A stretch of 64,000 nucleotides of DNA from a bacterium (GCA_965202625.1 CBDBBI010000010.1:2176001-2240000); one strand, 5' to 3'; shown: positions 1-14,521, counted from the stretch's first letter. The notes: generated by a model not told the origin, from the sequence alone. Program-made: numbers and translations.

Positions 1-1
1 C

Positions 2-286
2 GTGGCTTCCTACCAGGGGGATGAGTTCAGGGCGCGCGTCATTAGCGGCTCCATTTGCGGGCGCGGCGTCCTCATGCCGCCAGGGACCCCCGCCCTCGCC
101 CTATACTCGAAGGACGATCCGTGGCGGCGCGGCAGGCCTGCCGATCTGTGTTTTCGCAAGGCGGGAAAGCGGGGCGTGAACATGGAGTTTCATCTGTTCG
201 AGGGCCGGGCGCACAATTTCTCCCGGAATGAAACCGCGCGGCGCCTCATTCTCGATTTTTTGGCGAAGCATCGAAGAGCGGAATAA
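2..286 (+). CDS. C-terminal part of a probable alpha/beta hydrolase (dienelactone hydrolase-like); gene starts before the window
   Basis: Open from the window edge; 'LALYSKDDP' and 'EFHLFEGRAHNF' resemble the Asp and His elements of the catalytic triad. Confidence 0.5.
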   Translation: MASYQGDEFRARVISGSICGRGVLMPPGTPALALYSKDDPWRRGRPADLCFRKAGKRGVNMEFHLFEGRAHNFSRNETARRLILDFLAKHRRAE

Positions 287-760
287 AAACGACTGAATGC
301 CTGAAGTTTCATGCGCGGCGGCTCTCCGCGCAGCCCTCGACCAGCAATGGGGGAACGCGGCATATGCCGCGCGTGGTGCTCCAACCTCGTCCTTGTGGTG
401 AAATTTTTTTCACGCGAATTCGGAACCTGAAAGCGCACCCCCATGCGCGTCGGCGTCTTGCTCGGAGGGAGAATCACTAACCTCAAGATTGGCCCATGTC
501 TCATCCCTGAACGCCGGGTCGGCGGTGGCCAGAGAGCGGGCGGAGATCGGGGTGCCGGATAATTGGGAGTACTTCGCTGCAGATTTGGAGATGCGCCGTC
601 TTTTGGCGGAGTAAGCTCTCGCACGCTCGGGAAGGCTCGGTGCAAAAAGGGGCTGTCTCTCTAGGCGTGCCTACGCTCCGGACTTGTTTTTCTCGTACTT
701 GATCCTCCTCCCTCGCGCGCATTAGTATGGGGGAGCATTGATCCTCCGCCACACTGGAGA

Positions 761-2131
761 GTGAGGTCTATGAACCCAGCGACAGCCGAAGCCTTGCGGG
801 CGATGGACAGAGCGCATGTCTGGCACCCTCTCATGAACCATTCGGGGATGGAAGAAAATCCGCTGGACGTGGTTGTGAAGGCTAAGGGTTCGACTATTCA
901 GGACGCCGGCGGCAGGGAATACATCGACGCCATGGCGGGGCTTTGGTGCGTGAACATTGGTTATGGGCGCGATGCGGTCGCCAGGGCGGCGTATGAGCAG
1001 ATGCTGGAGCTCGCTTATTATCCCCTCACCCAGGTGAACCCGCCGGCGGCCAGGCTCGCCAAGCGCCTCGTCTCCCTGCTGCCGGAAGGACTCGAGCGCG
1101 TCTGGTTCGTGAACTCAGGCTCCGAGGCGGTGGACACCGCTATCAAGATCGCCCGCGTCTATGGGCGACGGGGCGGAGGGAGGCGATACAAGATCATCGC
1201 CCGCCACCAGGGATATCACGGGGCGACCATCGGCGGGGCGAGCGTCACCGGACAGACGCTCAGGCGCGCGACGTTCGAACCGCTTTTGCCGGGGGTGATT
1301 CACGTGAGCGCGCCCTACTTCTACCGAAGCGGCGCGGCCACGGAAGAAGAGCTTGCCAGACGTTGCGCGGAGGAGCTCGACGAGGTGATTCGCTACGAGG
1401 ACCCGGAAACGGTGGCGGCCTTCATCGCCGAGCCCGTCATCGGCGGCGGCGGGGTGATACCCCCCCCGGCGGACTACCTCAAGCGCATGCGCGAGGTTTG
1501 CGCGCGCCACGGCGTCTTGTTCATCGCTGATGAGGTCATCACCGGCTTCGGTCGCACGGGCGCGCTCTTCGCCTCTGATCTCTACGGGATCAGTCCGGAC
1601 GTCATGACGATGGCGAAGGGGCTGAGCAGCGCTTACCTGCCCATTGGGGCGACGGCGACCACGAACGAGATATTCGAGGCGCTGAACGAGGAGGGCGAGT
1701 CGGGATTCCTGCAGATCAACACCTATGGCGGACACCCCGCCTCCTGCGCGGCGGCGCTTAAAAACCTCGATATCATGATGGCGGAGGAACTGCCCGCGCG
1801 CGCGCGAAAAGTAGGTGCCTATCTGGGTGGGCTTTTGCGCAAGCTTTCGGACATCCCCTGCGTGGGCGATGTGCGCGGCGTGGGCCTCATCTGGGGAGTG
1901 GAACTCATAGAGGAGGACGGCGCGCCCTTATCGACGGCGGCCACCTCCAGGGCGCTCGCCTACGCGAAGGAGCAAGGGGTGATTTTCGGCAAAAACGCTG
2001 GCGTCGCCGCCGGTCCCTCGAATACCGTCACCATCAGTCCGCCGCTGGTGTTCACCGAGGCGGAGGCGGAGCGCGCCGCCGCCGCCCTCGCCGCTGCCTT
2101 GCGCCGCGTCCAGGCGGAGATCGGAGCGTGA
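761..2131 (+). CDS. Class-III PLP-dependent aminotransferase (omega-amino acid/diamine type)
   Basis: Motifs YIDAMAGLWC, NSGSEA, YHGAT, FIADEVITGFGRTG, MAKGLSS (PLP Lys), NTYGGHP; start may be ATG at 770. Confidence 0.92.
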   Translation: MRSMNPATAEALRAMDRAHVWHPLMNHSGMEENPLDVVVKAKGSTIQDAGGREYIDAMAGLWCVNIGYGRDAVARAAYEQMLELAYYPLTQVNPPAARLAKRLVSLLPEGLERVWFVNSGSEAVDTAIKIARVYGRRGGGRRYKIIARHQGYHGATIGGASVTGQTLRRATFEPLLPGVIHVSAPYFYRSGAATEEELARRCAEELDEVIRYEDPETVAAFIAEPVIGGGGVIPPPADYLKRMREVCARHGVLFIADEVITGFGRTGALFASDLYGISPDVMTMAKGLSSAYLPIGATATTNEIFEALNEEGESGFLQINTYGGHPASCAAALKNLDIMMAEELPARARKVGAYLGGLLRKLSDIPCVGDVRGVGLIWGVELIEEDGAPLSTAATSRALAYAKEQGVIFGKNAGVAAGPSNTVTISPPLVFTEAEAERAAAALAAALRRVQAEIGA

Positions 2132-2185
2132 GGCGAAAGACCGGAAATTCTGTTTTCATGCGTCATCTTTATAGGAGATGGAGAG

Positions 2186-2863
2186 ATGTCCAACATCACC
2201 ATGCTCGACGTTGAGGAGCTGAAGAAGACGAAGCTGGCCCCTTTCGTCAACAAGGCGCTCAAGCACCGCGCGCCTGACCCCGCCTTTCACGCCATGCAGG
2301 GTCACAACGAGGATTTGGCGAAGTCGATGTATCTGGCTTGGGGGACGCTGTTCAACACCGGTGCTATCGATCACAAGCTCAAGGAGATCATCCGCGTTCA
2401 GCTCTCCCGCCGCGCCTTTTGCAACTACTGAGGCAACGTCCGATCTGCTTCGGCGAAGCAGGCGGGCCTGACCGAGGAGATGATAGACGATGGCATCGAC
2501 AACTGGCGCGAGAGCGGGAATTTCACCGATGCCGAGAAACTGGCGCTCGAATACAGCGAACTCATGGACTCAGAGCCCGAGAAAATTGACGCGGCGTTCT
2601 ATGCGCGCCTGAATGCTCACTATTCAGAGGCGGAAATCGTGGAGCTCGGCTCCTTCATCGGCTTCAACGTTGGCTATCACACCTTTTTCAGAACGCTTGA
2701 TTTCTACCCCATGTTCTCCCCTGCCGGCCGGCTGGTGAGCCAGGAGGAATCGCGTCGCATCTATGGCGAGTGTCCCGTCTCGCACCTGGGCGGCCCGCTC
2801 GCGCGCGCCACGGGGGAGGAGGGTCAGGCGAATGGAAACGAAGGAGAGTCGCCATGCCGATAA
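2186..2863 (+). CDS. AhpD/carboxymuconolactone decarboxylase-like selenoprotein (CxxU; in-frame TGA 2429-2431 read as Sec)
   Basis: ORFs 2186-2431 and 2480-2863 share one frame; read-through gives KLKEIIRVQLSRRAFCNY-U-GNVRSASAKQAGLTEE, so TGA is at the second Cys of the AhpD CxxC motif; SECIS-like hairpin follows. Confidence 0.85.
2438..2467 (+). promoter_or_regulatory. Putative bacterial SECIS element for UGA 2429-2431
   Basis: Upper stem CTGCTTC-ggc-GAAGCAG (2445-2461) with lower stem gtccg/cgggc; G-starting loop begins 20 nt after the UGA. Confidence 0.7.
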
Positions 2864-3459
2864 TCGAGCCGCTTGAGCCGGAGGCGATTGAGGAGAAGGG
2901 CTGGGAACGCGTCATGGAGCGCACAGCTGAGACGCAGGCGCCAGACGCTCTGTTCTCGTGCATCATGGCGCGCGCGCCTGGCTATGTCGGCGCCCTCCAC
3001 GACGCCATGCACCGATCCCACGCCATGGGCGGAGTGGACCATCGCCTCAAGGAGATGATTCGCATTCAGCTTGCCCGCACAGCACAGGATACCTACTTCG
3101 CTAATCTGCGCTCGGAGAAGGCGAAGAAAGAGGGTCTGACGGAAGCGCGCATCGAGGCCGCCTGCGGAGACTTCGAGAACGACCCGCAGTTCTCCGATGC
3201 GGAGAAATGGGCGCTTCTATACGCTTATTGGATGTATCGCGACGCCAAAAGGCTGAACAAGGAATTCTACGATGAGGGAAAAAAGCATTATTCCGAAGCC
3301 CAGATCATGGAGATCGGCTCGATGGCGGCTCTGCACTATGGTCTTCAGGTGTTCATGCGCACGCTGCGTGCCTACCCCCAGCACGATCCAGAGGGAAACC
3401 CCGTGACGCAGGCGCAGTCCGAGAAGATTTACGGAAGAGAGGTATCCCCGCCCGCGTAG
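2854..3459 (+). CDS. AhpD/CMD-like protein, paralog of the upstream gene, lacking the CxxC/CxxU motif
   Basis: ATG 2854 after AAGGAG; VDHRLKEMIRIQLARTAQDTYFANLRS aligns with IDHKLKEIIRVQLSRRAFCNYUGNVRS; overlaps the upstream stop. Confidence 0.8.
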   Translation: MPIIEPLEPEAIEEKGWERVMERTAETQAPDALFSCIMARAPGYVGALHDAMHRSHAMGGVDHRLKEMIRIQLARTAQDTYFANLRSEKAKKEGLTEARIEAACGDFENDPQFSDAEKWALLYAYWMYRDAKRLNKEFYDEGKKHYSEAQIMEIGSMAALHYGLQVFMRTLRAYPQHDPEGNPVTQAQSEKIYGREVSPPA

Positions 3460-4209
3460 TTTCGTCTGAAGGGAAAAACGCTCCTCCCTGGCGCGACGAT
3501 CCCGCACGCAAGGGGTGTTTATCGCTTTGGGGATGGACGCATGGCCTCCCTTTACATACTCACGCGATCTCGCGTCTCGTTTTTTTCGCCTTCATTCCGG
3601 AAATTTCACAGGTGGCGTCGTGCGATCGCGGCTGCCCATCCGCCTTCGTCATCTCCATCACTTCCACGTAGGTTGATCAATAGGGAAAAACGATACGCGC
3701 GGAAACGGATTATGACGAAAAGCGCCGTATCTTGTACTGAATGAAGACATAGAAGGCGAGGTGCTTTTCTCACTGGAGGCTCCGAAGGCGCAGGTTGAGA
3801 CGCGGGGGTTTCGCTTTTTGGAACAATTTAGGTGAGGCCGACAAAAACGCGCTCGGTCTTCTATCATGGAGCAGGGATTTCTGCAGAGAGGACGCCGTTC
3901 CATCGGGCGTCATTCCCCAGGCACATAGGAGCGGAGAGGGAAATCCGCTCGACAAGGGGCGCATACGTGAAGGTGCGCCTCCCTTACGTTTTAAGGTGGA
4001 CGGACCCTTCCGCTGAAGCGGGAAACCAGCATTCTCGCAGGCGAAAAGGCCGGCACAATACGGCGATGCGTAGCCAGAAGAACAAGAATCCAGCACTCGG
4101 GAGCTATCTTCCGCGTCCTTTGTCCGTAAGCGGAAAACTGAGCGACGGAGACTTACCCCCCAAGGGCGTTTCATGAAACTAGAATGCGGATGCGCGCACT
4201 TCATCCGCA

Positions 4210-4962
4210 TCACCGCAACCCGAAATACGCTTTAATTCGTCTGGCGGCTTCCCTGGAGACCCCTTCCATCACCTCGGCCACCCGCGCGGGGGAGGTGTCT
4301 TCTATCCGCCCATACCATCCCGACTCGTACATTTCCCGCACGTCCTTGGGAATGTAATAGACCGCCTTGTCGCGTCGGGCGGCGTCGCTTCGCGCCCCGC
4401 GGTCCATGGGGGATGGGTCGGTGGCACGCTCCAGATGGGCGAGCCCGGGCCTGTCGGCCAAAATGGGGAGAGCCTCGAGCTCCCCTCCATGGGTGAGGCC
4501 CACCTTCTCGCCATACATGTCCTTGGCGATGAAATGCGCGTGAACGATGAGGATTCTCAAATCCTCGTGCGCGTTCTGGGCGTCCTCCGCTACGATCTCT
4601 ATAGCCGGCAGATTGCGCTCGTGCCAGTTCAGAAATACCACCCTTCGCGCCCCGTGGCGATGGAGGCTGGAAACGACGTCGCGCATCAGGCGGATCATTG
4701 TCTCCGACTGCAGCGACACCGTGCCGCCGAACCCCATGTGCAAGGGCGTGACGCCGAAAGGGCAAAAATCCACCACCAGACCGCCGGTGATAAACGCGAT
4801 CCGTTTGGCGAAAGACTCCGCCGCGTAGTAGTCCGTTCCCAGCGGCAGATGGGCGCCGTGCTGCTCTACGCTGCCCAGGGGCAGAATGGCGAGGGCGGTC
4901 TCCGACAGAATTTTCTCGGCCTCGGGGTTCGTCATCTCCATCAGCGAGCGCGCTTTTTCCAT
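4210..4962 (-). CDS. Creatininase-family amidohydrolase
   Basis: LPLGSVEQHGAHLPLGTD, NWHERN (variant of NGHGGN), HGGELE. Confidence 0.88.
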   Translation of the reverse strand: MEKARSLMEMTNPEAEKILSETALAILPLGSVEQHGAHLPLGTDYYAAESFAKRIAFITGGLVVDFCPFGVTPLHMGFGGTVSLQSETMIRLMRDVVSSLHRHGARRVVFLNWHERNLPAIEIVAEDAQNAHEDLRILIVHAHFIAKDMYGEKVGLTHGGELEALPILADRPGLAHLERATDPSPMDRGARSDAARRDKAVYYIPKDVREMYESGWYGRIEDTSPARVAEVMEGVSREAARRIKAYFGLR

Positions 4963-4990
4963 GAACGTATGCTCCTTGATATGTTCTCGA

Positions 4991-5398
4991 CTAGCCGCGC
5001 GACGCCGGAGTGGACGGCTTCGTCTCCATGAGTTCAACTACCACGCCGTCCGGCGCCTGAAAATACAGGTATTTGAGGTGTGGCATGTCGTCTTCTTCCA
5101 GAATGGGGATACCTTTCGCAACAAGCGTTTGGCGGGCGGTGGCGAGCTCCCCTCGCCCCACGTAAAAGCCGATGTGGTCCACCCCCAACCGAGGGGTGCG
5201 GCCCGCTGGAGTAGGGTTTTCTCCCGGGCGAACCCCCCGAATGATGAGCATTCCGCCGCCGAGCATGAGCTTGGTCTGTGGTGCGCCTTTACGCTCGCGC
5301 GAATCGACGACGTGCGCGTCCAGGGTTTCTCTATAAAAGCGCACGGCTTCGTCGTGGTTCTGGTGGATGATGTGCGCATGCTCATAGGTGAGGTGCAT
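4991..5398 (-). CDS. VOC/glyoxalase family protein
   Basis: YEHAHII...AVRFY, GVDHIGF, YFQAPDGVVVELME. Confidence 0.85.
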   Translation of the reverse strand: MHLTYEHAHIIHQNHDEAVRFYRETLDAHVVDSRERKGAPQTKLMLGGGMLIIRGVRPGENPTPAGRTPRLGVDHIGFYVGRGELATARQTLVAKGIPILEEDDMPHLKYLYFQAPDGVVVELMETKPSTPASRG

Positions 5399-5767
5399 AG
5401 CGATCTTTCTCGAAAGCCCGCTGCGTCGTCGATATCCGTGCGGCCATGCGTGAACTTGATGAAAACCTGATATTGCGCGTCGTAGATCCGGCTGATCCGC
5501 ATTGTGGCGCAAAACATCCTTTTTTTGAAGCGTGCCGAGATGGTTCCGGTTCGACGAGTGTGGCGTGAACCGCCACGCACAGGCCGAGTGTTGTTGCGGC
5601 ACTCTCTCCTCCACGCGCATCTGAATCCGTCTGAAGCTTTGCGCATCGTCCCGAATCATTGTATACACGATTTTTACCAACCTGACCCGGCCGCCAAAGC
5701 GGGACGGCTCGCGCGAGAGCCGGGCGGTGCGGTTTGGATGGTCAACGTCCCGCCGGAGGCAATTTCT

Positions 5768-6565
5768 GTGGCACAAGCGGTATGCAACGGAGTCCAGATT
5801 TCCTATAACGACAATGGGGTCAACACCCCGAATCCTCCCATCGTGTTCCTCCACGGGCAAGGGCTGAACCGCTCAATGTGGGATCGCGTAAAGCTCGCGT
5901 TCAGGGGCGCGTATCGGGTCGTGACGTATGACCTCAGAGGGCACGGCCGATCGGAGAAGCCCTCTACGGGCTATGGCCGAAACGTCGAGGTGGCGGACTT
6001 GGCCGACCTGCTCGAAACTACCCGCATATCGAAGGCCCACCTCGTGGGCTTGAGTCGAGGAGGCGCCATCGCCCTCGCCTTCGCCGCGGCGCATCCGGAC
6101 AAGACGGCTTCGGTCGTCGCGATAGGGGCGGGCTATGATTTTCCCCGTCTCATGCCCGAGTTCGCCGACCAAAGGCTTCAGACCATGGCCACCTTGCGGG
6201 CCGAGGGGCTGCGGGCGGCTAAAGGCTATTGGGCGGACCTTCCCATCTTCGCTTCCTTGAGAGAGAAGGAGGACGCTGCTGATTGGGCGGAGGATATGCT
6301 CCTCACCTACACCGGCGCGCATTGGCTCGATCAAGACCCGCCGCAGGACACCTCGCTCCTGAGCGTTGCCGACCGCATCGCCGCGCCCACGCTCCTCATG
6401 GTGGGCGCGAGGGATCTGCCGGGTTTCCACGCCTGCGCGGATGAGTTGGCCGAGAATATAGAGGGTGCCGAGAAGGCGGTGATTCCGGGCGTGGGACACC
6501 TGATGCCGATTGAGGACGCCGAGGCGGTAACCACGCGCGTCTCGGCTTTTTTGGCGAAACATTAA
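5768..6565 (+). CDS. Alpha/beta fold hydrolase
   Basis: GTG after GGAGG; IVFLHG, YDLRGHGRS, GLSRGG nucleophile elbow, GVGHL. Confidence 0.88.
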   Translation: MAQAVCNGVQISYNDNGVNTPNPPIVFLHGQGLNRSMWDRVKLAFRGAYRVVTYDLRGHGRSEKPSTGYGRNVEVADLADLLETTRISKAHLVGLSRGGAIALAFAAAHPDKTASVVAIGAGYDFPRLMPEFADQRLQTMATLRAEGLRAAKGYWADLPIFASLREKEDAADWAEDMLLTYTGAHWLDQDPPQDTSLLSVADRIAAPTLLMVGARDLPGFHACADELAENIEGAEKAVIPGVGHLMPIEDAEAVTTRVSAFLAKH

Positions 6566-6670
6566 TCGTTATAGCAGGGGAAAGTTCGATGGTGGGCTCA
6601 ATTTGAAATGTATGAATATGTTGGGCGACACAGGACAATGTGGAAACAAAGACTAAAACATTATTGCGCG

Positions 6671-6991
6671 CTACTTGTGCCAGTTCATTAGTATTTGGCA
6701 GCTTGCGGCAATTTCGGCGACAGCCATATGACCCAACCTGTAATCAACGGCTACTTCATTTATACACCGGACTAATTGTGCGGCTTTGATTCGCAAGTAG
6801 GGCAACCCACCTCTTTGCTTTATTTTTCTCGCTCCTAAAACTAAGGAGGCCATATCCGTTGCTGTTGCAAGTCGGTTTGCAGATGTTGCGCTGTTCCAAT
6901 CTTGTAAATTTTTGCGGTGTAGATTTCCCCCAACATACCAACCCTCACCAGCTATAAGTGTGGATGGAGACGTTATCGTGATAATCGACAT
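6671..6991 (-). CDS. Hypothetical protein in an AT-rich islet; possibly secreted, with a frameshifted 5' end
   Basis: 106-aa ORF in a locally AT-rich segment; hydrophobic N-terminus. Confidence 0.45.
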   Translation of the reverse strand: MSIITITSPSTLIAGEGWYVGGNLHRKNLQDWNSATSANRLATATDMASLVLGARKIKQRGGLPYLRIKAAQLVRCINEVAVDYRLGHMAVAEIAASCQILMNWHK

Positions 6992-7206
6992 GAGTACTAT
7001 TACCCATTATTCGCGTCTTCAATTTTCTGCTTGTGTGGTGAAACTCTTCAAATAAGTGTTTTCATATTAAGTCTCAAGAACTCATATATGGGTCTTTCTT
7101 TGCATACCTTCTTAATCTGGCAAATCACTCTGATATTGGTATCCTAGGCAAGTTCTGTCTCCGCTTTTCGTTGACCACAGACAAATCTTTGGTAAGAATG
7201 AAGTAA

Positions 7207-8976
7207 ATGGAGGTTCGGGGTTTGAGTCCATTTTCTGAGATCAGAAAAATTGAGACGGACGTGCTCATAATCGGCGGCGGCGTCGCCGGTATGATGGCAG
7301 CGGTGGGTTGCGTTCGATCGGGCGTCAAGCCCATCCTCATCACGAAAGCCACGTTTCCCTCCGGCAGCTCTTCCATGGCGCGCGGGGGCTACACAGCGGC
7401 GATGGGCCATTCCGAGCCCACCGACAGGCCAGAGTTCCTGTATGAGGATTCCATCAAGGCGAGCTACGGCGTGTGCAATCGCCGGCTGATGCGCATCATG
7501 AGCGAGGAGGCGGTCGAGAGAACTTTCGAACTCGACGGCTGGGGACTCGGACTTGTGCGGATGGAGGACGGCAAGTATCACCAGAAAAAAAGCGCGTCGC
7601 ATCGTTTTCCGCGCCTTTTGCATTGCGGAAGGCTGATGGGCAAGCCGCTCATGCAGGCTTTGGCGAAGAAGATGAGGGCGTGGGACGTCGAAACGATTTC
7701 CCACGCCATTTTCGTGGATCTGATGAAAGAAGGCGATCGCGTGGTCGGTGCCTGGGGGTTTTTATACAGAGAGGGCGTTCCCATCGTCGTGCACGCGCGC
7801 TCGACGGTCTTGGCCACGGGCGGCGCTCCTCAGCTGCACGAGGTGAACGACTCGCCGCCCTACATCTCGGGCGATGGCTACGCCATGGCGCTCAGGGCGG
7901 GGGCCGAGCTCATCGACATGGAGTTCATCGACTATCAGTTGCTGGCGGCTGCGCCCCCTAGAATCCGGGGGTATCCGCCGCACACGAGTGGCTTCATCAA
8001 CGCGGGCGCCTATCTCTACAACAGGGATGGAGAACGCTTCATGTGGAATTACGACCCCGAGCGCGGCGAGCGCGCCACGCGCGCCATGGTGAACCGGGGG
8101 GTGGGCGTAGAAATTTTTGAGGGCAGGAGCACGGAGAACCACGGCGTTTATCTCGACGCGCGCCACGTGATCGAAGAGGTGAACGACGGCGCTACGGCGG
8201 ACATCATCCGCGTTTTCAAGACCCAGGGCGTAGATATGGCCGAGTCTCCCATTGAGGTGGCGAGCGGCCCACATACTTATCTGGGGGGCATTCGAATAGA
8301 TGAATGGGGCCGCACGAATCTTGCCGGACTTTACGCGGGAGGCGAGGCCGCCGGCGGCGTCCATGGAGCGAACCGGACGGGCGGAGCGGCCCTGGCGGAC
8401 AGCTACGTGTTCGGGCTTAGGGCGGGAATAGGCGCTGCCTGTGAGGGAGCGAGGCGCGAGAGGCCGGATCCCCAGGACGGTGGCTGGCGAGAGGGGCTGG
8501 AGAGGCTGCGGGCGCGTGAGGCGAGAAAGAGCGGGCCGGACGCCGGCCGCTTGCGTCTAGATGTCCAGCGCGTGGGGGTGGAGGAGATAGGTCAAGTTCG
8601 GGAGAGGGTGAGGCTCAAACGCGCGATCGAGCGCCTCGACGCGCTGGAGGCGGAGAACGAGACGGCTGCTGTGGTCGGTGACCTCCCTCGCAAGCGCTTC
8701 GACTGTATGAGGAAAATTCAGGAGACTCGCAACCTGATCGGCGTGGCGCGGATGCTCAGCGTGGCGGCCTTGACGCGCGAGGAGAGCCGGGGCGGGCATT
8801 TCCGCGCCGATTGCCCCGAGATGCGCGAGGAATGGCGCTGCAACGTCGTGCTCTCACTTGAGGACGGGGAGGTGCGGCCGAGGCGCCAGGAGGTGGTCGG
8901 CGCGGATGAAGCCACCCCCGCGCCTGAGGTGGCGCCCACGACGACGGCCCTGGTGGAGCAGGGCAGAGTCGTTTAA
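7207..8976 (+). CDS. FAD-binding oxidoreductase of the SdhA/FrdA/NadB family (stand-alone flavoprotein)
   Basis: DVLIIGGGVAG, LATGG, SGDGYAMA, DMEFI, HTYLGGI, GLYAGGE, HGANR, ESRGGHFRAD. Confidence 0.88.
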   Translation: MEVRGLSPFSEIRKIETDVLIIGGGVAGMMAAVGCVRSGVKPILITKATFPSGSSSMARGGYTAAMGHSEPTDRPEFLYEDSIKASYGVCNRRLMRIMSEEAVERTFELDGWGLGLVRMEDGKYHQKKSASHRFPRLLHCGRLMGKPLMQALAKKMRAWDVETISHAIFVDLMKEGDRVVGAWGFLYREGVPIVVHARSTVLATGGAPQLHEVNDSPPYISGDGYAMALRAGAELIDMEFIDYQLLAAAPPRIRGYPPHTSGFINAGAYLYNRDGERFMWNYDPERGERATRAMVNRGVGVEIFEGRSTENHGVYLDARHVIEEVNDGATADIIRVFKTQGVDMAESPIEVASGPHTYLGGIRIDEWGRTNLAGLYAGGEAAGGVHGANRTGGAALADSYVFGLRAGIGAACEGARRERPDPQDGGWREGLERLRAREARKSGPDAGRLRLDVQRVGVEEIGQVRERVRLKRAIERLDALEAENETAAVVGDLPRKRFDCMRKIQETRNLIGVARMLSVAALTREESRGGHFRADCPEMREEWRCNVVLSLEDGEVRPRRQEVVGADEATPAPEVAPTTTALVEQGRVV

Positions 8977-9015
8977 GTTTAAGGCGTTTTTTTGAGATAT
9001 TGTGAGAATTTTTGG

Positions 9016-9044
9016 TTGACACGCGCAGTTGTCATTGATAGTCT
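9016..9044 (+). promoter_or_regulatory. Sigma70-type promoter of the rrn operon
   Basis: TTGACA (9016-9021), 17 nt, TAGTCT (9039-9044), upstream of boxA and 16S. Confidence 0.7.
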
Positions 9045-9072
9045 TATATTTCCTTCTTGGTTCAAGAAGATT

Positions 9073-9084
9073 TGCTCTTTGAAA
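9073..9084 (+). promoter_or_regulatory. rrn leader antitermination boxA
   Basis: TGCTCTTTGAAA; a second copy TGTTCTTTGACA at 11443-11454 precedes 23S. Confidence 0.75.
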
Positions 9085-9207
9085 AAAGAATAGGATATGA
9101 GACGGACCTGAACGGGCTCAATTTTAGTTATTCCCGATTGAAACTAGAGGGACGGGAATCTTGGTCGGGAAACCGGCCCAGTGCTTTTCCCTCTGGATGA
9201 GAAATAT

Positions 9208-10767
<1,560 letters not shown>

Positions 10768-11083
10768 TGCTGAGAGGTTTTCGTTTTCAAGAAGCGTGGG
10801 AGGGGAGTGAGATTTATTTCCTCGTCTGGGGAATTGGATCGTTCTCTTGCCTGAGGATCGCGCGATGCCTTTTTACGCTTTCGGGCGTATTGAAGGATGA
10901 TTGCAAAACGAGCCGGTGCTTCGAGGTCAGCGGCCCGTCTCGGGCCGTCCATATCCTGTTCTTAAAATGACGCCACGGCGGGTATGCGAATCACTCCAAT
11001 GCAAGGAGATGCATTCGGTCAAATACCTGGGTGAGGCTTAGGTGTTGCGGAAGGGATTTTCGGAACGCGCAAGCCGCATTCAA

Positions 11084-11160
11084 GGGCCTATAGCTCAGTT
11101 GGTCAGAGCGCGCGCCTGATAAGCGCGAGGTCCCTGGTTCAAATCCAGGTAGGCCCACCA
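11084..11160 (+). tRNA. tRNA-Ile(GAT)
   Basis: GGGCCTATAGCTCAG...cgcgc-ctGATaa-gcgcg...GGTTCAAATCC...CCA in the ITS. Confidence 0.97.
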
Positions 11161-11274
11161 TCTTGCGGGCGTGAAACGCATCGCAAGGGGAAATGGCGGA
11201 GGGACGGATGGACCGTTAAACCGAACCGAGAAAGGCTTGCCTTGGGGGCCGCTCCCTGAACTTAGTTTTACTAT

Positions 11275-11350
11275 GGGGATGTAGCTCAGTTGGGAGAGCA
11301 CCTGGTTTGCAACCAGGAGGTCGGCGGTTCGATTCCGCTCATCTCCACCA
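11275..11350 (+). tRNA. tRNA-Ala(TGC)
   Basis: GGGGATGTAGCTCAG...cctgg-ttTGCaa-ccagg...GGTTCGATTCC...CCA. Confidence 0.97.
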
Positions 11351-11524
11351 TTTTGAGATTTCACGCGCCTCGCTATTGGCTATAGTTTTCGTGACTATCA
11401 TTTTTTGGTGGTGCATTTCATGCGGGAGTTTCTCCCGTTTTTTGTTCTTTGACAATTGAATCGCGTGAATTGGCATAATCATGAAGGCTCTCAGTATTGA
11501 TTGAGAATCGTAATCTCAAGATTC

Positions 11525-14521
<2,997 letters not shown>

